Shown here: one piece after another, positions 39,810-50,400 of the stretch | How the letters are laid out: every line of letters starts with the position of its first letter | Position numbering within the stretch: position 1 is the first letter of the stretch | Assembly: GCA_046290225.1 (NCBI GenBank) | Contig: JBKAGE010000075.1 | Location: 270,367-334,366, forward strand | Source: Bradymonadia bacterium | Lineage (GTDB): Bacteria; Myxococcota_A; Bradymonadia; UBA7976; UBA1532 | Length of the DNA: 64,000 bases | Reading direction: 5' to 3' | Position numbers and translations under genes: made by a program | The notes under the pieces: model-generated | The model's database searches: none | What the model was told of the DNA's origin: nothing | Seen by the model: only the letters and a program-made list of their open reading frames with translations

Positions 39810-41633
39810 ATGGAAACCAACGTCCCGGTTCAGTTCGACATCTACCAGGGCGACCGTCTGGTTCGGACTGAGATTCTCACCGAGCGCACGATCAAGATCG
39901 GCAAGCTGTCGTCGTCGCACGTGCGCCTCGATGACGAGTCGGTCTCGCGCATGCACGCCGTGGTCGAGGTCAGTGGCCCCGACAACGTGGTGCTGCTCGA
40001 TCTCGGCAGCGCTCAGGGCACCTTCGTCAACGGCGAGCGCATCACCAAGCGTCTCCTGACCACCGGCGACCAACTCCAGGTGGGTGAGATCCGGGTGGTG
40101 GTGAAGATCTCGGGCCAGCGGGTACAGCAGGCGGCCCCTGCCGCTGCTGCACCTGCAGGGCACACCGGTCAGCCTGCCGCCGCGGTACAGGCCGCGGTCA
40201 TGCAGCGTGCTGTACCGCTCTTCGACGAAGAAGAGGAAGATCGCGGTGGTCCTCGGGCCCTCGAGGTCCTCGCCATGTGGGGCAACACGGTGCTCGACGT
40301 GCGCCACTACTCCGAAGAGGGCGTCTACACCGTGGGCCAGAAGGCTGGGGTGTCCCACTTCGTCAGCCCCGAGGCTGTGCCCGACGACCCTTACCCGCTC
40401 GCCCGTACCGACGGCTCCGACATGGTGGTGAACCTGCCCCAGGGGGCCCAGGGCGAGGTCATGCTCGACGGGCAGGTCTACGCCCTCGACGATCTGCGCA
40501 GCGCTGGCAAGCTCGGCAAGAGCGCCGACGCCCCCAACAGCCTCACTCTGCGGCTGCCACCTCGGGCCCGGTGTCGCCTCGCTCTCGGTGAGCTGACCTT
40601 CCTGATCAACTCGGTGCCTGCCGCTCAGAAGGTGGCGCCGATGCCCTGGTATCGGCAGTTCGACAAGCAGATTGTCACCTATGTGCTCGCCTCTGCGGTG
40701 TTGCACCTGGTGTTCAAGGGGGTCATCGGCATGATCCCCGACGATGCGCGCGATTTGAACCTCGACGCCTTCGACATGTCCGACCGCTGGGTGGAGTTCA
40801 TCCTCAAGCCCGAGAGCGAGCAGGTTGAAGAGAAGAACGTCTTCGACCTCAAAGAAGACGAGGGCAAGGCTGCGGAGAAGGCCCGGGAAGAAGAGGGCAA
40901 GGCGGGCAAGAAAGACGCTGAGTCCACCAACAACCGCATGGCCATCGAGGGCCCCAAAGATCAAGAGACCATCGAGCTGGCCCGTGAGCGACAGAAGAAG
41001 ATCGCCATCCAGGCCGCCGACGCCACCTTCGAGCAGCTCGACAACGAGTTGAGCTCGGTGTGGGGCACCCAGGACCGCGCCATCGGCAACGACGCCGTCA
41101 CCGCTCTGGGCAACATGTTCGGTGATCAGGTGGGCGAGTCCGAAGGCCTCAACGGCCTCGGCGTCGCCGGCATGGGTCGCGGCGGCGGCGGGTTCAGCGA
41201 GAACTCCCTCGGTGTCGGCCGTATGGGCACCAAGGGGCGCGGCGGTGGTGGTGACGCGGGCTATGGCCGTGGGGTCAGCCGTGTGGGCCGTAAGAAGCTC
41301 AAAGAGCCCAAGGTCATCCCCGGCAACCCGATCATCAACGGCTCACTCGATCCGGAGATCATCCGCAGAATCATCCGGCAGCACCGGTCCGAGTATCAGT
41401 ACTGCTACAGCAAGCAGCTGCAGGTGAAGCGAGATCTCGCCGGTAAGATCAAGGTGAAGTTCACCATCTCGGGCACCGGTCAGGTCATCGCCGCCAAGGT
41501 CATGGAGACCACCATGAACGATGCCGCGGTGGAGCGTTGCCTGATCGGGAAGATCAAGCGCTGGCGTTTCCCAGAGCCCAAGGGGGGTGGCATCGTGGTG
41601 GTGAAGTACCCCTTCGTCTTCAAGGCCAGCTGA
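39810..41633 (+). CDS. gltG: Gliding motility protein GltG/PglI-like (FHA - TM - TonB-C-like AgmX/PglI domain)
   Basis: FHA (IKIGKLSSSH...VSRMHA), one TM, Gly-rich linker, IRRIIR...CY...C...WRFPEPKGGG-x-V-x-VKYPF. Confidence 0.88.
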   Translation: METNVPVQFDIYQGDRLVRTEILTERTIKIGKLSSSHVRLDDESVSRMHAVVEVSGPDNVVLLDLGSAQGTFVNGERITKRLLTTGDQLQVGEIRVVVKISGQRVQQAAPAAAAPAGHTGQPAAAVQAAVMQRAVPLFDEEEEDRGGPRALEVLAMWGNTVLDVRHYSEEGVYTVGQKAGVSHFVSPEAVPDDPYPLARTDGSDMVVNLPQGAQGEVMLDGQVYALDDLRSAGKLGKSADAPNSLTLRLPPRARCRLALGELTFLINSVPAAQKVAPMPWYRQFDKQIVTYVLASAVLHLVFKGVIGMIPDDARDLNLDAFDMSDRWVEFILKPESEQVEEKNVFDLKEDEGKAAEKAREEEGKAGKKDAESTNNRMAIEGPKDQETIELARERQKKIAIQAADATFEQLDNELSSVWGTQDRAIGNDAVTALGNMFGDQVGESEGLNGLGVAGMGRGGGGFSENSLGVGRMGTKGRGGGGDAGYGRGVSRVGRKKLKEPKVIPGNPIINGSLDPEIIRRIIRQHRSEYQYCYSKQLQVKRDLAGKIKVKFTISGTGQVIAAKVMETTMNDAAVERCLIGKIKRWRFPEPKGGGIVVVKYPFVFKAS

Positions 41634-41826
41634 CGACCACCCCGATCTCCTGAAATTCCCGCCTCTGCCCCACTTTCTGGGGAACTTTTCTGCACCATCG
41701 TGTTCCAACCCAGCGTCGAGGGCATTCGCCCTGGGCTGATACGCATATTTCGATGTCCATGATCCACTGAGCCCTCTGTATGTGACTCAGTGTGTCGCAA
41801 CAGACTCGTGCTGGGTTGGGTGTGTG

Positions 41827-43287
41827 ATGGAAACGTATATCTCTGATCAGAGTACAGCTGCTGGTGATGAGGATCGTCGTTTCGATGAACTCGACGATAC
41901 GCTGGAAGACAACCACGCCCACCAGATCCTCGAGGTGATGGCCTTGTGGGGTCAGACCGTGCAGGACGTGCGCCATTTCGACGAGGCGGACGTCTACACC
42001 GTTGGGCAGGCGGAAGGGGTCAGCCACCCCGCCGACGCCGACCTGTTGCCCGAAGATCCGTTTCCCCTCGCCGAAAGTCGGGGCGGGCAGCGCCTGATTC
42101 ATCTGCCTCTCGGGGTACAGGGTGAGGTGATGGTAGACGGAGACATCTTCACCCTCGATGACCTCAGATCAGCAGGGCGTCTACAGAGTCGGGCCCACGG
42201 CGGGCACACCTTGCGGCTGCCCCCTAGAGCCAGGTGCAGGGTGCGTCTGGGTGAGCAGCACTTCTTGATCAGCTCTGTCGCGGCGGCGCCCAAGGTGAGC
42301 GCGGTGCCCTGGTGGAGGCGTCTCGATCGTCAGCTCGGAGGTTATCTGGTGGCCTCGGCGATCCTGCACTTCGTCTTCCATGGCGTGGTGGGCATGATCC
42401 CGAGTGAGGCCAGAGGGCTCAGCATCGAACACTTCGAACGACAAGACCGATACACCGAGATCATCGTGATGCCGGAGCACACGCCGGTGAAAGACGTCTT
42501 CAACGTAAAGTTGCCTGTGGAGGCTTCGCCCCCGGAAGCGGGCGGGGAAGGGGCTCCAGGGCTCGCAGGCGGTGAGACCGGCGCCGAGACACCTCGTCGC
42601 ACGACGGTGAGGGGTAAACACAAGCGCCGGCGAGTGACGAAGGGTCCCGACCGACGAAAGGTCGCTCACCAGACGGCCCTGTCGGCCTTGCACGCCCTAG
42701 ACGACAGCGGTGCGGGTCTCATGGGGCCCGAGGGGATTCTCATGGGCGAGGACGCCAGGGATGCGTGGGGGGCCATCGATGGTGAGCAGCCAGGGGAGAG
42801 CAAGGGCCTCGACGGGATGAGCATTCATGGCGTGCATCAGGGGGCCGACGGTCGAAAAGAAGAGAGCATGGGCGTGGGCCCTGTCTCCACCGATGGCTTC
42901 AGGAAAAACCCCCGCAAGTATCGCCGGGTCTCGCGTCTTGGCCCTCATCGCCCCGTGGAGCCCGAGGTCGTGCCCCTCAAGCCCACCGTCACTGGGCCCC
43001 TTGAGCAAGAGGAGATCCGCAAGGTGATCCGCCGGCACCGTGAAGAATACAAGTACTGCTATGAGCGCCAACTCCAGGCGCAGCGAGATCTCTCGGGGAA
43101 GATCAAGGTGAAGTTCGCCATCGGCGCCAACGGCAAGGTCATCGGCGCCAAGGTGTTGGAGAGCACCATGAACAGCCCCGAAGTGGAGCGTTGTCTGGTG
43201 AAGCGTATCCGACGCTGGCAGTTCCCTGCACCTGGTGGGGGGGCCACCGTCTTCGTCAAGTATCCTTTCGTCTTCAAGTCCATGTGA
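41827..43287 (+). CDS. GltG paralog lacking the FHA domain
   Basis: Aligns to GltG from LEV-x-A-x-WG onward, incl. LRLPPRARCR, the TM and the C-terminal domain. Confidence 0.85.
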   Translation: METYISDQSTAAGDEDRRFDELDDTLEDNHAHQILEVMALWGQTVQDVRHFDEADVYTVGQAEGVSHPADADLLPEDPFPLAESRGGQRLIHLPLGVQGEVMVDGDIFTLDDLRSAGRLQSRAHGGHTLRLPPRARCRVRLGEQHFLISSVAAAPKVSAVPWWRRLDRQLGGYLVASAILHFVFHGVVGMIPSEARGLSIEHFERQDRYTEIIVMPEHTPVKDVFNVKLPVEASPPEAGGEGAPGLAGGETGAETPRRTTVRGKHKRRRVTKGPDRRKVAHQTALSALHALDDSGAGLMGPEGILMGEDARDAWGAIDGEQPGESKGLDGMSIHGVHQGADGRKEESMGVGPVSTDGFRKNPRKYRRVSRLGPHRPVEPEVVPLKPTVTGPLEQEEIRKVIRRHREEYKYCYERQLQAQRDLSGKIKVKFAIGANGKVIGAKVLESTMNSPEVERCLVKRIRRWQFPAPGGGATVFVKYPFVFKSM

Positions 43288-43383
43288 CGTCTCCATTTCA
43301 CTCACGGGTTGACGCCTCGGAACACACGGTGATACGTCCACTGCAGTGGTCGATTTCTCCCCCAACGTGATCCTGGAGGCCTG

Positions 43384-44286
43384 GTGCTGGCTGTGAACCG
43401 AGTCAAGGCGTGGAGCCGTTGGCTCCCGGTGGCCCTCTCATTTACTCTCCTCGTGACTGTGTCGGGCTGTAATCAGGCCCGGACCGAGTCCATTCGACAC
43501 ATGAACAAGGGTGTGGAGCGGTTCCAGAGGGGGGACATCGCCAAAGCAGTGTCTCACCTCGAAGACGCTGTGAAGTCCGATCCGACCAACGACAAGGCTT
43601 TCTACTACATGGGGCTGATCCAGTATCAGCGCATGAACGTGCCCGAGAAGGGGGCGGATAATCTCAAGAAGGCCATCAAGATCAATGGCGAAGATCACCA
43701 GTACCACTATCATCTGGGCAACCTGCTCAGCCGACAGAAGAGCTGGGTCCCCGCCATCAACGCCTTCGAGAAAGCTCTGGCCAAGAAGCCTGATCACGCC
43801 GAGAGCCACTATCGCCTCGCCCGTGCCCTCGAGATGGAGGGCAAGTTCGATCGTGCCCAAGAGGCCTATGGATCGGCGATCCGCAGCCGGCCACGGTTCC
43901 CAGAGGCCTACAACGCTCTGGGCAACCTCTATGTGCGGTTCGAGAAGTATCCTCAGGCGATCCAGGTCTTCAAGAACGCCATCGAAAACGTGCCCCGAGA
44001 GTCGATCAACCACAACGATCTCGGGTTGGTGTACGCTCGGCAGAACCGCAACGCCGAAGCGATTCAGCAGTTCAAGAAAGCCCTCGAGATCAAGCCGTCA
44101 TACGCCAGCGCCGTGTTCAACCTCGGCGTGGCGTACGCGAACAATGGCGAAGACGAGCAGGCCCTGAAGTTCCTGCGAGCCTACCTGTCCAGACGCTCTG
44201 CCGCAGATGATCCGGTACGCGTCGGTACGGCCCAGGCCATGGCCACTCGCCTCGAGGCAAAGGTGAAGGGGGGCGCGCCCCAGTGA
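43384..44286 (+). CDS. TPR lipoprotein
   Basis: Lipobox VSGC; about 7 canonical TPRs (EAYNALG, HNDLG, VFNLG). Confidence 0.88.
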   Translation: MLAVNRVKAWSRWLPVALSFTLLVTVSGCNQARTESIRHMNKGVERFQRGDIAKAVSHLEDAVKSDPTNDKAFYYMGLIQYQRMNVPEKGADNLKKAIKINGEDHQYHYHLGNLLSRQKSWVPAINAFEKALAKKPDHAESHYRLARALEMEGKFDRAQEAYGSAIRSRPRFPEAYNALGNLYVRFEKYPQAIQVFKNAIENVPRESINHNDLGLVYARQNRNAEAIQQFKKALEIKPSYASAVFNLGVAYANNGEDEQALKFLRAYLSRRSAADDPVRVGTAQAMATRLEAKVKGGAPQ

Positions 44287-44443
44287 AGGTGTCAGTGAAG
44301 GTGCCATTGAAGCCAGCTGAAACCCTGACTGAGAGCGTGATCGCTGCACATGCAGCGATGCCCATTGCAATTCGACTGTTCCATTGTTGGAGCTTCGGCT
44401 CCAACAGCTCCTGCTCCATTTGATCCACTTGCGAGGCGACCTG

Positions 44444-47400
44444 ATGAACGAGCGCACGCGCGAGCTCTTCGAGACCGTGTCCGCAGATCCTCGAAACACC
44501 GAGGCGTACGAGGAGCTCGAGCAGCTTCTCAACGAAGCTGAGGCGTGGCCCTCCCTTGTGGATGTGTTCACCCATCGAGCGCAGCATCAGGAAAGCCCTG
44601 AGCAAGCCTCGGGCTTCTTCCTCAAGGCGGCCCTCATTGCCGAGGAGCGTCTGGGCGAGGCTGACCAGGCCGTGGAGCTGTTCGCAGCCTCCCTTGAGGG
44701 GGATGCTGACGGCGTGACCACGATGGGCCGCATGCGCCGCCTGCTCGCTCAGGGCGACAACTGGGAAGGCTGGCTTGAGGTGGCCGAGCTCGAGGCCGAG
44801 CGCACGGAAGATCCTGCTGCTCAGGCAGAGCTGCTCTTCGAGATGGGCGACGTCCTCGAGACCCGCCTCGAGGATCCCGAGCGGGCCATGATCTGCTATC
44901 AGGCCGCTTTCAAGGCGCATCAGGGCTGTCTCAAGGCCATCCAGGCTGCTGAGGCGATCTACGTGCGTTACGAGGAGTGGGCTCTGGCGGCTCAGCTCAT
45001 GACGCTGGAGCTGGAGCACACTGAAGACGGAGCGCGTCAGATCGAGCTCTGCCGCACGCTGGCTCGTATCTATCAGGACAAGCTCGAGGCCGCAGAGCAG
45101 GCCGCTGATGCCGTGTCCTTGCTCCTCGAGCTGGCGCCTGACGACGAGGAAGGGCTGGAGCGGGCTGCAGCACTGCGTGTGGCACTGGGCCTCGACGAAG
45201 CAGAGCCTGATGCAGAGGCTGCTGCGGAGGATACGCCTGCTGAAGAAGAGTCCACTGAGGAAGAGTCCACTGAGGAAGAGCCCGCTGCGGAAGAGCCTGC
45301 TGCGGAAGCCGCTGTCGAGGCGGAGGCTGAAGAGGCAGAGGAAGCGCCTGCTGAAGAGGCACCCGCCGATGAGCTGGCTGCTGAGGCGGAAGCGCCTGCC
45401 GAGGAGGCCGCCCCGGTTGCTGAGGAAGCGCCCGCAGCAGAGGAGCCAGCAGCAGAGGAGCCAGTAGCAGAGGAGCCCGCCGAAGAAGCGCCTGCTGCTG
45501 CCCCAGTCATGCTGGAGTCTCTTCCCGAGGACGTTGCCGACGTGCTCGCAGAGTTGAAGGCCCGCGCCGACGATGCCGATGGCGAGGAGAGCCTGCGCCT
45601 GGGCATTCAGGCCGTGGCCCTGGTGGCAGAGCGCGCTGCAGGCCACGAGGCCCTGGCGGATCTCTACGTGGAGGCCGCCGCTGCAGCCCCCGAGGACACT
45701 ACGCTCTACACACAGGTGGGCAAGAGCCTCGAGGCGCCGGAGCCCATTCTCAAGGCGCTCGTCGAGAAGATGGAAGCCCGTGCTGCGGCGCTGGGTGGCC
45801 CCGAGGGGGCCGCGATGAAGGCCCACCGGGTGCTCATCGGTGCTGCGCACCTCGGTGAGGGGCGCACCGCCGACTTCAAGCTCCGGGAGATCGCCAAGAA
45901 GGACAGCGACGGCCCGGGTGTGCAGGCCTTCACCCTCCAGCGCCTGCTGGAGACGGGGAAGTGGCGCAACATCCAGCAGCTGCTCATCCAGCAGATCGGT
46001 GGCGATCCGAACAGCGCGCGCAAGCTCGCGCTGCGCCAGATGGCCGAACTCGCCGAGGCCCATGCCCCCGACAAGGCGGGTGACTTCTGGCGTCAGGTCT
46101 TCATGGCCGACAAGTCTGATCGTCAGGCCCGTCAGGCCCTGCTCAAGATCTACAAAGCCGACGAGAAGTGGACCCAGTACGCCGACGTCCTCAAGCTCGA
46201 GGTGGCCGACATCCCCGATGAAGAACTCGAGGAGAAGCTCGGGGCCCTCAACGAGCTGATCGGCCTGTACACCACCCACATCAAGCAAGATGCCACGGTG
46301 GTGCAGCTCTACGGTCAGATCCTCGATCTCGATCCCGCCAACGTCGAAGCACTCGACGCCCTCGTGCAGAAGTACGAGGCCATGCGTCGCTGGCCCGATC
46401 TGGTGGGCACGCTGCAGAAGAAGGTGGCCATCACCGAGGATGGTGAGGCGCGCATTGCCCTCAACTTGCAGATCGCCAAGCTGTATCTGGAGAAGTTCCG
46501 GAACCAGGCCGAGGCCATCAGCACCTACGAGGCGGTCCTCGAAGAAGATCCGGCGAACCGGGAGGCCATCGAGGCCCTCACGGGCATGTACGCCAAGCGC
46601 CGCGACTGGGACAAGCTCGTCGAGGTGCAGAAGCAGCTCGCGGAGCTGGAGGAAGATCCCGAGGCCCGGGCCGAGAAGTACAAAGAGATCGCGGTCCACG
46701 CCACCAAGAACATCCGCAAGCCCGCCATCTGCCTCGAGCTGTGGGAGCAGGTGCGGACCATCGTGCCCGAGGACGTCGACGCTCTGCGGGCCCTGGTGTC
46801 CCTCTACGAGCAGGACAAGCAGTTCGAGCAGATGGTCTCTGTCGGTGAGCTGCTCGTGGGTCAACTCGGCGACGATCCCAAAGAGATCAAAGAGAAGACC
46901 GACCTGCTGCAGAAGATGGGCATCGCCCTGCAGGACCGCATGGGCGACAAGGCCCTCGCGGTGCCGGTCTGGCAGCAGCTGCTCGCCGTGGATCCGAAGC
47001 ATCGTCGAGCCGGCGACAGCCTGAAGAAGGCTCTCGTGGAGCTCGGCGACTGGGATGCCCTGTCCGAGTTCTTCATGTCTCACGGCAGCCCCGAGGAGCT
47101 CGTACGCATCCTTGAGGGGCAGGTGGGCATGCAGCAAGACGACGCTGTGCGCATCGACCTGCTGTTCCGAGCGGCGACAGTCTGGCGCGACACCATCGGC
47201 CAGCCTGATCGGGCGGTCCGCGCCCTTGAGCGGGTGCTCCAGATCGATCCGCATCATCTCGACGGTGCTCAGGCTCTGGAGCCGGTCTACACCGAGAAGA
47301 GCGATCATCGGAAGCTCGCGGGCATCCTCGAAGTGCTCCTGGAGCACGAGCAGGATCCCGAGGTGCGTCGCGATCTGATGATGCGCAGCGCTTCGATTCA

Positions 47401-50400
47401 GGAGCAGCACCTGCGCAACCCCGAGGGGGCCTTCGAATGGGTCCGCCAGGCCATCGCCGAGCACCCGGGTCACACCGAAGTCCGGGGCGAGCTGGAGCGT
47501 CTCGGCGCAGTCACCGGTCAGTGGGCCACGGTGCAGGACGACCTGCAAATCGCCCTCGACCACGTGGTCGATGGTGAGGCGCGGCTGTCGATTCTGCTCA
47601 GCCTGGGTCAGATCCTCGACGAGCACATGGGCCTCTATGGCGATGCCCTGAGCCGGTACCAGGACGCCCTCGACATCGAGCCCGAGAGCCGTGTGGCCCT
47701 CGACGCCATCGAGGACATCTACACCCGCCAGTCCAGCTGGCCCGAGCTGCTCGAGGTGGTGGAGCGCAAGCTGGCGCTCACTGAAGAGCTCGACGCCCGC
47801 AAGGGCCTCCTGCGCAAGCAGGGTCTGATCTACGAAGAGCAGCTCGAAGACGCCGCTTCGGCCATCGAGCGCCATCGGATGATCCTCGAAGAGGACGAGG
47901 CCGACGCCGAAGCCCTCGCCGCCCTCAACCGCCTCTATGAGGCAGGGGGTGATTACGAGGATCTCCACGAGATCGTCGGTCGCCAGCTCACCCTCACCCT
48001 CGAGGCCATGGGCGGCGCTTCTGCCGACGGCTATGCTGAAGGCGATGAGGAGGTTGCTGAAGAGGCAGAGGCTGCTGCGGCACCTGATCTCGAGGCCCTC
48101 TCTGCAGAGCGGGTGGCCTTGAAGGTGAAGCTGGGCCAACTCGAACTCGAGCATCTCGGCCGCACCGCCGATGCCGTCGAGCACTTCCGGGACATCATCC
48201 GCGAGCACCCTGACCACGAGGCGGCCCGGGTGGCCCTCGAGGGGCTGCTCGACGACATGGAGTTCCGCGCCGAGGCTGCCCGGATCCTGGAGCCCATCTA
48301 TCAGGACGAGGCCCAGTGGGATGCCCTGGTCAACGTCTTGGAGATTCAGCTCGACGAGACCGTGGACGGCAGCCGCCGCTTCAGCTTCCTGGAGCGCATC
48401 GGTGCCCTGCACGTGGAGCGCACCGCTGATCCCGATCGGGCCTTCAACGCCTACGCCCGGGCCTTCCGGGAAGATCCGGCCAGCGGCATGGTCATCGATC
48501 GGTTGGCAGAGCTCGCCGAGGCCAGCCAGCGCTTCGCAGATCTCGCGGCCCTCATTGAAGAGGTGCTGCCTGACGTGGAGGACACCGAGGTCATCCACCG
48601 CCTGCTCGGCCGCGCCGCCGACGTGTACGAGAACCACCTCGCAGACGCCAACCAGGCCATCGACGCTCACCGTCGAATCCTGGAGCTCAAGGACGACGAC
48701 TTCCGCTCAGTGGAGGCTCTGGAGCGTCTCTTCACCAGCACTGAGATGTGGCCAGAGTTGTTGGCCGTCTTGCGGGTGAAGCTCGAGCTCATCGATCACC
48801 CCGACGCCAAAGAGGCGCTGCGATTCCAGATCGCCTCCCTGCTCGAAGAGCAGCTCGCCGATCCGGAAGAGGCCATCAACACTTACGTGGTGATCCTCGA
48901 GGGGTCGCCGGAGAACGCCGAGGCGCTCTCTGCCCTCGATCGCCTCTACGGCACTCTGGAGAGCTGGCCGGAGCTCGCCGAGATCCTGGCTCGACGTCTG
49001 GCTCTCGTGGCCGAGGACGAGGATCACACTGCCGCCAACGGGCTGCGGGTACGCCTCGCCGATCTCAACGAGCGCCATCTCGGCGAGATGCACGTCGCCA
49101 TCGAGACCTACCGCACGGTCCTCGACATCGACGCCGCTGACGCTGAGGCCATCGGCGCCCTGGAGCGGCTGATCGAAGATCCCGACCTCGCCCACGAGGT
49201 GGCGAACATCCTGGAGCCCATCTACACCGAGAGCGATGCCTGGCAGAAGCTCATCGGGGTGTACGAGATCCAGCGAGAGCACGCCGAGGAGGAGCCCCGT
49301 CAGGTCAGCCTGCTGCACAACATCGCTACGCTGCAGATGGAGCGCGGCGCCGATGCGCCAGCGGCCTTCTCTACCTACGCCCGTGCCCTTGCTGTGGAGC
49401 CTGGCAACGAGGTGACTCTCTCGGCGCTGCACAGCATCGCCGAGGCCATGGAGATGTGGTCTGATCTCACTGGGGTGTACGAGCAGGAGGTCTACCAGAT
49501 CGCCGAGCCCACGGTGGCCACCCAGATGCACGTGCGTCTCGCAGAGGTCTACCGCGATCATCTCGCCGATCTCGACGGGGCCCGTCGCCACTACGAGGCG
49601 GCTTACCAGAACGAAGACGCCGATCTCTCGATCATCGAGTCCCTGGAGGACATTTACTTCCAGAGCGAGCAGTGGGAGGCCCTCGTCACCGTGTTGCACC
49701 GGAAGGTGGAGCTCACGGAGGCCCCTGAAGGCAAGAAGGAGCTGTTGTTCCGCATCAGCGCCCTCTTCGAGGAGATGATCGAGGACCAGGAGCGGGCGGT
49801 GGAGACCTTCCGCACCGTGCTCGAGGTCGACCCCGAAGACGCGCGGGCCCTCGACGCCCTGGAGCGGATCTTCCTGGCCATGCAGCGCTGGGAAGATCTC
49901 ATGGTGGTGCTGCACCGTAAGGCGGAGCTCACCGAAGACGTGGAGACCCGGAAGGGCATCTACTACGTGATCGGCTCCGCCTTCGATCAAGAGCTCTCCG
50001 ACCTTCACCGGGCCGTGGAGACCTACCAGAAGGTGCTGGAGTGGGACGACGGCGACGTCACCTCGCTCCAGGCCCTGGACAACCTCTACCAGCGCTTGGA
50101 GCAGTGGGAAGAGCTCAAGACGGTCATCGCCCGTCAGGTGGAGCTCGTCGCCGACGAAGAGGAGCGCCTGAGCCTCAAGTTCCGCATCGGCCAGCTGCAC
50201 GAGGTGCACCTTGAGCAGGTGCCTGGGGCCATCGAGGTCTACCGTGAGATCCTCGGCGAGATGCCGGGCCACGAGCCTGCCCTCCAGGCCCTCGAGGGTC
50301 TGGTCCGCGACGATCGCGAGGCCGCCCGGGCCACCGAGGTCCTCGAGCCCCTCTTCAAAGAGGCCGGTGCCTGGGAGCGCCTCATCGGGGTGTGGGGCAA

